A stretch of DNA of 64,000 nucleotides from Blasia pusilla (taxonomy: Eukaryota), in the NCBI GenBank assembly GCA_050084515.1, contig CM114271.1, positions 8,370,001-8,434,000 of the forward strand, in the 5' to 3' direction. Both the position numbers and the translations under genes were made by a program. The notes below the pieces were generated by a model. The model saw only the letters and a list, made by a program, of their open reading frames with translations, did not search any database and had not been told where the DNA came from. Shown piece after piece: positions 12,601 to 23,315 of the stretch (position 1 is its first letter; each line of letters opens with the position of its first letter).

Positions 12601-14289
12601 TGGACGGGAAGAGTATATATTTAGTCTGTTGACACTAGTGAGAGCTCGAGTCAGGTGTCAGAGGCATCTACCTTTGAACAATAACTTCGTAGATCAAGTA
12701 AAGTTACATATCTAGTTCATAGATTCATAAATGAAGATTTCCTTGCGATCCATCATGCATATATGATGACTAGCCTTCAAGAACAGGAGCCGAGTTATTT
12801 TGAAGAAGGTGCAAGTAAAGTCGAATGGATTGAGGCTATGGGGGAAGAGCTTGCTGCATTAAGACATCAACAGATATGGGAGCTGGTTGATATACCTTCC
12901 GGTAAGGAAGCTATTGGTTGCAAATGGATTTACAAAATCAAGCACAATCAAGATGGTACACTTAACAGATACAAAGCGAGAGTGGTGGCTAAGGGCTATG
13001 CACAACAATATGGCATCGATTATGAGGAAACATTTAGCCTTGTGCAAAGATGGCAACTACGAGAACAGTGGTTGCAGTTGCAGTTAGTAAGAGATGGAGA
13101 TTATATCACATGGACGTCAACAATGCCTTCTTGAATGGAGATCTATACAAGGAGGTATATATGACTCAACCACCTAGATATGAGTATCCTTAGTTTCCAT
13201 TTCGCGTATGTTGGTTGAAAAAAGCTTTATACGGGCTCAAACAAGCTCCAAGAGCTTGCTATGGCAAGATTATATACGTCTTACAAAAGTTGGGTTGTAA
13301 GATATGTGATTCTGACTCCTCGTTATATGTCTTCAAAGGACAAGATCATACGGTTCTCATTGTGTTGTATGTTGATGATCTTTTAATTACTGGGAGTATT
13401 GAAGAAATGGTACAACAAGTCAAACTTAAGTTACAAGTAGAATTTGATATGAAGGACTTCGGAGAGCTCAAGCACTTCCTCAATATTGAGTTTATCAAGG
13501 TTGGAGAGAGCATGTGGTTACTACAACAACAATATGCTTTTCATATGCTTTCAAAATATGGTATGACGACTTATAAGCCAATCTCTATACCGTTGGACCA
13601 GAGTGTGAAGCTTAAGTGGATGAAGGAGAGTTGCTTACAAATTATAATATGTATAGGCGCACGGTTGGAAGTTTGATCTATCTAACTATAACTATACCAA
13701 CTTTTAGTTATGTTGTTGGCCTAATGAGCCAATTTATGTAAGCACCTCGAAAACCTCACCTTGATGTTGTAAGGAGGATTATGTGGAATATGAAATTCTC
13801 TTTTCAATTCGGGCTTCAATTTGAACCTTCTCCGAGTTTTCAATTACAAGGATTCCTAGATGTTAATTAGACTGGAAGCGTGTATGATTGACACTTCCCT
13901 TGTGATTATTCATTTACTTCGGGCCGCGTAACTATAAGTTGGGCTTCAAAATAGCAACCTACTGTTGTTTTGTCTTCAATAGAGATCGAGTACAAAGGAG
14001 CAACCAATGCAACATGTGAGGCGGTGTGGCTTCATCGATTACTTGTTGAGATTGGTGTCAGTAACTTAGGACCTAGTGTAATATATGCAGACAATATTAG
14101 TAGCATCAAATTTGCTAATAACCCTGTGTTTCATGCTCGTACAAAGAATATTGAGATGCACTATCATTTTATCAAAGAGAAAGTGCTTGCGGGAGAAATT
14201 GATATTGTGTATATAGATACAGATCTGCAAATTGCTGACATTTTTACAAAGGTATTGTCGAGAGATAAAATTGAGATATTTAGAAATGA
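9341..14289 (+). mobile_element. Ty1/copia retrotransposon, degenerate, 3' LTR missing (copy 1)
   Basis: 5' LTR 9341-9652, PBS cGGTATCAGAGC (initiator tRNA-Met type) at 9653, gag, protease (WYIDCGASNHMT), integrase (FIDDFSR, YTPQQNGVAERKNR), RT ([17 protein letters not shown]), RNase H (NPVFHARTKNIEMHYHFIKE). Many stops and frameshifts; similarity to copy 2 ends near 14289. Confidence 0.95.
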
Positions 14290-14740
14290 AGAAGAATTTG
14301 GATGCGAGGAATTTGTGCCTTATCATGCTCACGTACGTAGACCAATTCATCCAATGCCTCACAAGTACCACAACATTGTAATGAGTACCATCATGTTTGA
14401 AGACATATTTCCAAAGTCATTGCTAGCTATTGGCAATTTTACCTTCAGCACTATGTTTGGAGAACTCAATAGTATAAAGATAAGATCTCCAAGCCTCTTC
14501 TTAGGCCTTTGGGATATAGCCCTTGCGAACTCCCAAGGGTGAAGACGATGACATGCACACATATGTCACCTAGCTCGCACAACCTGCTACTAACCTAACC
14601 AAGAATTTTAAGAAACCTCCAAGTAGATTCTAAGAAAGTCCAAGAATGGAAACTTTCCCAATCATCCTCCAATTGCATCCCCACATGGGACTCACAAGCC
14701 ACCAAAGGGGAAAGTAAGTCACCACTAGCTTCTTCACTCT

Positions 14741-14935
14741 TGTCGTGCGCATACACATTGTTACACAACATACATCATTGTCAACAAACATACACACAAA
14801 CACGCACGATCCCATGCTAACTCATGGCATCCAAACAACCAGACAAGAAATACCAAAATATCTCCAATCGCCCCCCTAGATGGTGGTTAGATCCCTTTAA
14901 CTCTCGATATCCATCTATCCCTACCTACCATGACA
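14741..14935 (-). repeat. Possible short 3' LTR of the DNMT/PHD gypsy element
   Basis: Bounded by a near-perfect inverted repeat (TGTCGTG ... CATGACA) about 110 bp downstream of the PHD stop. No partner LTR and no convincing PPT seen. Confidence 0.3.
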
Positions 14936-15048
14936 GACATCTCTCAGATGCTAAGAGCAAAAAGGTCGGGTGCTCATCTCGCCCCATCGTTAGTCGACTT
15001 CTTATCATCAATGTCACAGACACAAGTCGGAATCTAGAACTACCTACT

Positions 15049-17573
15049 CTATGTACATCTGTGACACATCCATCCTCCCTCAAGAATCCTAGTGAGAGGT
15101 GGCGTTAGACATTCCATATGCCATCCTCTCGAACATCCATTACAGACAAGCATAATAGCTGCACCACAGGCAGAACCATGCAGCATACACGGCAAGCCTG
15201 CAGGAACTATTGCTAAGCTTGGATCAACTATACCATCAATTTTTGGAAGATGACACGGTGCACAGTTACGCACATGGTCCTTCCAAACCATACCAGCGCG
15301 TCCCCCCAATAAGAGAACACCAGATGGGCAAAATCTCACGCATTCTCAAGATGGTGCACCTGCAGTCACATCCAATGTCGTAGGTGCCGCCTGCTGCAAG
15401 TAGCCATAGTCTCCCTGAGGAAACCTCCGGATAGTAGGTCAATAACCACATCCTCAAATAGTCATATATCTCAATGTATCCCGATGTTGTGCAATCACCA
15501 AGTTCTCAAACGCCATGGGCATTACTCTAAAAAAAAAACTCAATCCTCTGAGAACATGCTTGCATCCATACATCAAGGTCATCAAGGTTCAACACCTCAC
15601 CAACATCTCAACGAATGGCCGCAGGTAAATGTGGCTCTCGACCATAAAGCAGCAAGTACGGTGAGAAAGACGCTAAGGATGATGTTTGCATAATCTGTAT
15701 CCCATTGCCAACCACGGCAACTAAAGGTCCCAATTTTCTAGGTGATCTCTTTGCAAGCCATACTTGCGTAATCCTCTCGTCATCGTCTGTACAACTCTCT
15801 CCGCTAGTCCATCTGCCTCAGGATGATCTGGCGAAGTGGTGCGGTGGTCAATCAGCGCCTGATCACACAAGGCCTAAAACTCCTCGTGAAACTCTGTACC
15901 CTGGTCTGTCAACATCTCAACTGGTGTGTCGTAATGACTCAACACTCAATCTAGAAAGGCATACGCTACTCCCTCACTCATTTTGTCAAGCAATGCAACC
16001 AACTCTATCCACTTCGAGAAGTGCTCGATCATCACCAACACATAACGCCTATGGCGCTCCGTCAAAGGCAAAGATCCTGCAAAATCCAAACTCCATCTAT
16101 AACCTAAACCCATGATCGGAAGTGGATGCAACTGTGGAGTTGGAGTATTAGACGATGCTCGAACTTGATCACACACCATGCACCTAGCAACAAACTACTG
16201 AACGTAAGTCTGCATGCCTCCCCATCAATACTGTATATGGAGCAAGTTGTACGTCCGCTTCATTCCAAAATGACCCAACTCCTCGTGGGCATGACGCACT
16301 AAATGTGATCTCTGCGAAGGATGAGGCACTACACGCACTCTACCATCCTCCCAAACTCGTGACACATATGTCCCCTCCCACCGGAATTGTTTCGCTCACT
16401 GTAGGTTCCGGTCCCGGTCTCTAGCTCCCACTGTGCTCACAACCCTGCCAGTACGTAGGTACTCCAAGACCACTCCATCATCATGAATATCTCAGCCACC
16501 TATCATCTCCTCACCGACCTCTGGAACTGAGGACTCTCCATCAGACCTCGCCATCAAAGTCTCATCAATTTGGCTCTCCATAGACAACAAGCCCAAATAG
16601 GCTGACATGTGCCATCATGGCACCAACTCCTCATCACTCTGACCATGCCAACAAGCTCCACTTGCATCTCGCTAACTCGGGCATAGGTTACGGCTCAAAA
16701 CATCTCCATCATGGTTGAGCATCCTAGGTCTATGCATCACTTGGAAATCATACTCTAGCAACAAAAGAGCCCACCTTGCAAGCTTCCATATAAGCTTGTC
16801 TGACTCCATTAACCACTTAAATGGCTGATGATCAATATTGATGGTAAAGGGGTTGCCGAATAGATAACACCTAAAATGTGTGACAATCCACACCGAAGCC
16901 AAGCACTCACCCTCATACAAGCTATACTTTGTCTCTACAGCGTTGTTCGAGCGACTAGCGTAAGCCACCATAAACTATCTACCATCATTGTCATGATGGG
17001 TGAGCATGGCTCCAAGCCCCAACATGCTTCAATCGATATGCAACTCGAAAGGACGCCCCCTGATCTGTCTCCTCAATATGGGCGCGGACGTCAATGTATC
17101 CTTGAGCATCTGAAATGCTCTCTCCTGCTCATCCCCCCAATGCCACTCTCGATCTACCTTGGTCAGCAAGGTTAGCGGCTTTGCAATCGAATTGAAACCC
17201 TTGAAGTACCGTCGATAGAAGTTTGCCAATCCCATGAAGGCACGAACTCGACTCACATCTGTAGGGCGTGGAATGCGTGAAATATCCTCTACCTTCATCT
17301 GACTATACCCAAGTCCCCTTGGGTATATTGTATGACCTAGGTACTCAATCTGGTCGTAGAAGAACTTGCACTTGCCCGGATGTAGCTTCAACCCATGTAA
17401 CTACAATCGTCGAGATACCTCCTCTTGATGTTGCTCATGCTCCTCAACCGTGGCGCTAAAGACTATGATGTCATCAATATAACACGTAGCAAAATCTAGA
17501 CCCGCCAAGATCCTATCCATGACCCTAGGAAACTCATCCGGGGCGTTCTTTAACCCAAATGGTAAGAACCGCC
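15049..17573 (-). mobile_element. Ty3/gypsy pol 3' half: RT C-terminus, RNase H, integrase, C-terminal PHD finger (DNMT-gypsy copy 1, 3' half)
   Basis: RFLPFGLKNAP...CYIDDIIVF (RT); VAYASRSNN...YEGECLA...LARWALLL (RNase H); HEELGHFG...CMVC and WSLDFAG...IEHFSKW (integrase); MLVCNGCSRGWHMECLTPPLTRILEGGWMCHRC (PHD, ORF 15049-15339). Confidence 0.9.
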
Positions 17574-18845
17574 CTCACGGTTCATTAGACAAGAGAAATC
17601 GATCGTGATCCCCCGCAACTCGGTTACCTCCAAAAGGGAAAGCGAGATGAGGTGCCTTTCCAACCAATCGCATTCCCCAACGGGTTGCCGAAGGAAATCC
17701 ATGCGAGATCTCATGGATCCCGACTCCAATCACACACGTCACAACCCGCAGGGGGTACCTACTGACAACTGCGTTCAACCCAACGGACTCTGACGGGTTG
17801 CAAGTTGCAATTGGAAGATGATACCATGCGTCTGAGTCCCAAAATTTGCAACCCGTTGGACTACGACAGGTTGCAACACGATTGAATACATTCCGTCATA
17901 CAATCTCACCTACTAAACAACATCTTGTCAGTCATATTTTGTCAGGAGAATAACGGTCACTATTCACTATAAATTAAGCATTCTCAATCTCATTCCTATT
18001 CTTATTCTTATTCTTATTCTCCACTCGGTGGAATAATCTGGGAATGGATAATTATGTGAAACTCACTCGTGGCAGTCATCTAGCGACTCTTCCTCAATCA
18101 TAAATAATTCGACCGCAAGCTCGTGAGTCTTACATACCAATGGATGAAAAATTCCTCTTGGTGCAATTTCTTCTCCAAATTGGAAGAATCTTTGTTTCCA
18201 AGGATGTTAGGGTGGACGGTACGGAGGACGTTGTAGGTGAGAAAGTCTAGCCAATGATAGCAGATTGTAAAGTATGGAATCTCCTACCTCTAAAAAATGG
18301 TCAATACATGGCTTGTCTCTGAATTCCTCTATTTCCCAAGTAGACAGTCCGAAATTTCCTATATCACCGAGCTTTACGTTTGCCACTCCCAGCTCAGTAG
18401 ATCTAGCATCGACTCCAACTTCACTCGTTCGTAATAATGTTGTACTTCTTGAAGACATTCCGGATGTCATCAACCTCATTGGATCTGTCGGACATCAACC
18501 AGGCCCTCTGTCTGCCTACTCGTTCCTCTTGCGAGTATCCATAAATAGTTTGTTGTCGTCTCTGCCCTTTAAAATATTCAAGCACATTCTTGTTGAAAAA
18601 ATGCCGCCCACGTACGATGGTAATTGCATTTTTGAGTTGCCTCCACCTGCGGGTCTTGCTCAAAAGAAAGATGGAGGACGCTTGAAGGGTATGGATAGAA
18701 AGTCTAATTGTCATCGATGGTGCAGACTTCAACGGACTAGTGCTTCAATTCCAGATGGTCCTTAGATTGTTTCTCGCCGCCAATGCGTTGGAGCCTTGGA
18801 GTGTAGAAGTCTAGGCATCCCGTATCTAGAGCGTAATGGGTGAGT
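17574..18845 (+). other. Unclassified repeat-derived segment with clustered CAACCCG/CGGGTTG motifs and a Cys/Trp-motif ORF fragment (18274-18765)
   Basis: Several CAACCCG/CGGGTTG-like motifs in both orientations at about 17678-17872 and a (TATTCT)n run near 18000; ORF contains PPTYDGNCIFELPP...GMDRKSNCHRW and after a stop continues CVGALECRSLGIPYL. Looks like a DNA-transposon fragment; family not recognised. Confidence 0.35.
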
Positions 18846-18849
18846 CAAT

Positions 18850-21621
18850 ATGTTGCAAGTTGGAGTTTATGCATCACGTTTAGATGTGATGGACTTGCCC
18901 TTGGAGCTTATGCTCGGGCCGTCCACGTCAGATTCATGGCAAGCTGCGGCTGCTAGGATGGCGGAGATGCTCGCCAGACCCGCGATAGAGCGTGCCATGG
19001 CTTCTCCCGGTGTTGTGTTGCTAGATAATTAGGGAGAGGTCTTCCAGTTGGTAAGTCCAAGAGGTTGAGCTTGTAGTCTGCAGCGCGTCTTGTTGGATTC
19101 AGGAGCGCAACCTTGATGTTAGGGAAAGCGACATTTAGAGGTTTGGGCCTCATAAGGGCCGATGTGGAGAGTTATCCATTCCGGATACAGACATCCTTTG
19201 GTGGAGCGAGTACCACACAATATATCATCCAACATGAGGTCGTGGTGAGGATTCGCTCGGGACATCCTTCAGATAAGTCCGTGGTGCGAGCTAAGGCGAT
19301 AATGACCGATGTAGAGTCCTACGACGTCTTGGTTGGTGGACCAATATTGTACCTCATGGGGTTTTTCCTGGATTATTAGGAGGAGTCAGCATCCTAGAAA
19401 TGATGATGGTAGTTAGGTGATGGGCGCCTCAGGTCATTACCCGTTCGATTCACTAGTGTAGTGATCGAGCGCCGACCAAGAGAGATGGTGATCTTAGTAG
19501 CATTTAGCAATGCCATCACTTGGCACAGTGATTTGACTAAGGGACATGTCCATATAGAGGACACTCTCGTTCGTGATATTTCTATGGAGAGGAGTGTCAT
19601 GGTAGCCGCATCAATCCGTGGAGGAGAGGTGCCATGTTGGGGCTTGACTGAGGAGCTTTGATGCTTAGCCAGTGAGCATGTGCAGACCGCGTGGAGTGAG
19701 ACGTTTGCTCAAGAGTGTGATGGGTCAGATGAACCTAAGGTAGTCAAAAGTGCTACTATGACCCCTTTGGACACCGCCTCGATTGTGTGGTGCATTCCAG
19801 AGAAGGGTATTTGCATGTTGGATCTCTTTGGAGGGATCAGCACTGGCATAGTTGATGCTAGAGTGCGCGTGCAGAAGTTCCTGTATGTGAAGGTTGATTA
19901 TGTTGCAAGGCGCGCTTCACTTCACCATGTGGCGCAGTTATGCCTCCGCTTTCCCGACTTGTCTGCGTCCGCCATCCAGGGTTACTAGAGTTCCCTACTG
20001 AGGGATATTTCATTGTTGGGGGCACAGGACTTAGAGCAGGTAGGGACCATAGACTTGGTCATTGCTGGTTGGTCGTGTTAAGGCCAATCGAGTGTTGGAT
20101 GAGGTAGCGGATTAGCTGACACTCGGTCCAAGTTGTTTTGGGAGATGATGCGGATTTTGCGACCCTTGCAAGAGCATCAGTCCCGTTCTCTAGCATACAT
20201 TATGGAGAATGTGCCGATCTTGGGAGATTTGAGATCACAGGTAGTGACGAGTGCACATCAGGTGCATGCATGGAATGGCTCAGCAATGTTTTTGGATGCG
20301 GTGAATGTAGGTTCTAGAGCACACCGTTCGCATCTTTGGTGGACTAACTTGGTGCCACACGAGGTATTGCGGAGGGCATATGCGCAAGTGGAGCGCCCCT
20401 CTTAGTTGTTGGTGGATTCCATATTGGATTCGGGCCGTCGATTACAGGCAGTGAGGCACGATGATCGACCGCCGTTGATTGTGGTCAACAGGATTGGCAT
20501 GCCACAAGCAACCTTTCTCACATTGGTGAGTTTTCCCGCTTCCTATGCACTCAAGGAGGCCGGACTTGGCTTGGTTTGGGATGACCAGGTACAACGGTTG
20601 GTGGAGCCCAACGCCGATGAGCGAGAGCAAGCGATGGGATTTCCCATAGGAGTGACGGTAGTACCGTCACTATCAGAGGCATCACGACATCATGTCTAGG
20701 GTCAGGCGATGGACCTAAACTGCTTGACATGGATTTTCAGCTTAGGAGTAGATGAGCAACATTGTTTGAGGATGTGACAGATCACAGTTGTTGCGTTGGT
20801 AAGCCCTATGCCTATCGAGACAGTTGAGGCAGTGGCTGGGGGCGAGACCCGATGAGATCGACACACCAGGGGTGATCGTGAGAGACATCCTTGGACTTTT
20901 TGGGATATTTTGCAAGTACGCCGGGAGATGGTAGCCACACTGTCGAGCGTGGTTTCGGGTACTGCACATGGAGATCATATTTTGAGTTGGATGTAGGAGA
21001 GCAATCGAGTTCTGTTGTCCGAGATGGGGTTGCATTATAGCAACCACCTACACCCGGGCCGGAGAGTCCTACCGTAGTGACGATGGAGACTTGGGAGCTA
21101 GATATGGGCCCTAAGTTGACAGGAGGAGAGCGGTGCCGGATACACAAGTTCCTTAAGAGTTGTAGGAGCTGCTTTGCATTTAGTATGCATGACTTGGATA
21201 CGCTGAAGGGTCCAGGGATCCGCATTGAGTTGTTTAGTGATACGCCAATCTTCCGACAACCCTACAAGTACAGTGACATGGAAAGGGCTCTGATTCAGAG
21301 TAGGAGCCAGGACTTGGTTGGAGCAAGACTAGTTGAGATGTTGCATGGAGAGTATGTATCTGCCACTAGTATGCCCGCCAAGAAGGATGTGCATGGCAAT
21401 TGGACAGATAGGCAGATGTGTGGAGATTACCAACCTATCAATCAACAAAAGAAGTCCGATAGGTATGCCATGCCCACCCCTGACGAGATCTTTGATGTTA
21501 TTGGGCATGCAAAGGTCTTCAGTCCGTTAAAACTTCAAGCCGGATATCATCAGCTGCCTATCAGATTGGAGGACAGGCAGAAGACAACATTATGGGGCAT
21601 CAATCCTCGCGGGAAGGATTG
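18850..21621 (+). mobile_element. Ty3/gypsy pol 5' half: aspartic protease, C5-cytosine DNA methyltransferase, RT N-terminus (DNMT-gypsy copy 1, 5' half, inverted)
   Basis: VLLDSGAQP protease motif at about 19087-19113; ORF pieces 19113, 19461, 19680, 20133 and 20406 share one frame; RT at 21077-21621 (PIFRQPYKYS...MCGDYQPIN...DRYAMPTPDEIF...LQAGYHQLPI). Confidence 0.9.
19809..20750 (+). pseudogene. DNMT3-like C5-cytosine methyltransferase catalytic domain inside the retrotransposon polyprotein (stop-disrupted)
   Basis: Motifs in canonical order: I LDLFGGISTG, II LYVKVD, III DI, IV IDLVIAGWSC*GQS (copy 2 has GWPC), VI YIMENV, VIII AHRSHLWWTN, IX EREQAMGFP, X RHHV*GQAMD. Motifs VIII-X resemble DNMT3 (AHRARYFWGN, ERVFGFP, RQRLLGRSW). 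Confidence 0.9.
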
Positions 21622-22267
21622 CGGCCACGAGCGGCATGGCACGGCAATCGGCAGCGCATTGCAACTACGGGCATCACGGAAGGGTACTCGATCATCGTCG
21701 AGCGGCTACCAATCACAACGGCTACCAATCACACCATAACCGGAGTCCATCTGCCGTAATTGTTTGACGATGAAACTTCAATGACGGTGGCGGCCAAAAC
21801 AAAGTACATAGTGACTACACTAGTCTAGGAATCAACGAACGTCGTGGAAGACCCTCCACTCTGTAATGGCAGCAATGGCAACCAAAGGGTGGACAACGGC
21901 CGAATGCGGCTCTAACCAACCCTGGGCAAGAGCAACGGTCGACGGTGACTGGTGGACGGTGGACCGTTGACGATGAAGGTTGACCATTCACGGTGATAGT
22001 TGACCATTGACCAATGACGGCGACGATCGCCGCCGGCATGGCGGCTGGTTTAGGGTTTGAACAATTTAACCCTAAAAATCGCCTAGCAACGGCAGTTTTG
22101 CAAGATTGAGCATAACTTTTTCTTCACAACTCCAAACTGTGTATTGTTTGTTGCATAACTTGCACAGCTTTACGATCTACAACAAAATTAAAAAATATTT
22201 GGAATTGGACATCCCAGTAAAAACTGATGGGGATTGTCGTAAAGCCCAATGTCTCTTTCTCCTACAC

Positions 22268-22422
22268 AAAATTGGGCAGCGCTTCCGCGCTGATTTCTCC
22301 CAACCAAAATGTAAAACCTGTAAAAATACAAATCAGCAAGCTACATGGTGCTTCCAAGAGCGCCAGCATGGGGCAACCCGCCCCCATAATCAATCCCTAT
22401 CAAAAATTGGGCAGCGCTTCCG
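22268..22422. repeat. Pair of exact 20-bp direct repeats AAAATTGGGCAGCGCTTCCG
   Basis: Copies at 22268-22287 and 22403-22422 within a non-coding repeat-like segment. Confidence 0.85.
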
Positions 22423-22730
22423 TGCGCCACTCTTCCACAAAAAAAATCGGCAAAAGCAAAGAAGAATCAAAGTAGCCCTTGCTCCGGTGAGCACTCTCAT
22501 GAGCCCCTCAACGGGGAACACAGTCCCCAACCTGCAAAAATAGCGAGTGACCAGTGAGCTCCCCCATGAAGCTCTCTCACTCTCTCATTCTCTCTTTGTA
22601 AAGTAAGATCCAATCTCTCTCTCTACACCATCTCATACCATAGCTCTCAAAGGTGTGCACTCTCTCTCATGTCAAATCAAACCCACTCTCCTAATGAGAG
22701 GCTTGGGTTACACTCACAAGGCAAGGGACC

Positions 22731-22864
22731 ATAGCTCCGCCGCTTCATGCCAAGAGGTTCAACAAAGAGAGAATGAGCTCTAAAACTCTCTCTCCTTGAA
22801 GTATACCCCTCCCCTCTCCCAAGCTCTCTCCATGGTAACCTATTCTCCCAAGTCACCTCCTTGG
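22731..22864. repeat. Dispersed repeat fragment, second copy
   Basis: Homologous to 9206-9340; embedded in CT-rich LTR-like sequence. Confidence 0.8.
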
Positions 22865-23315
22865 CTTTTGATCTGATGTGGGAGGGCAAGGGCCACTTAC
22901 CAAAAATACAAAGTCGATCATATACTCAAAATGAAACTCACCTAAAATAGTAAGTTGCTCAATATGGCTCCAAATGAGCCGAAACGAAAGGAAAACCTGC
23001 TCTCTCAGGTTTCCCGGGGCCTCAGCAGGTCATCCTCAACCTAATGAGCCTGTCCTCCACTACTCACGAAGGCGTTCTACTAGATCTCACTGATCTATCT
23101 TCAAAGACGTGACATAGAAGTCCGGATGGAACGAGATTAGTTCAATTCCTTATTGTACAAGTAGGTCATGAATGGAATAGGGAGAAGTTGAGAGATAGTC
23201 CTATGAAGGTAGAGAAGGAGTTTTCGGATTTTTAGTTAGCACTCCTGTAGAGCAGGAATATGTGGGTGCAGAGAAAAGAAAGAGTCTTCCGCTAGCAGAG
23301 AGGGAATAATCATAT

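Noticed and set aside
19809-20750. Methyltransferase as a bacterial restriction-modification gene or a host DNMT3/DRM gene
   Set aside because: It is intronless, in frame with a retroviral-type protease, followed by RT in two copies, has no endonuclease partner, and motif order is not permuted as in DRM.
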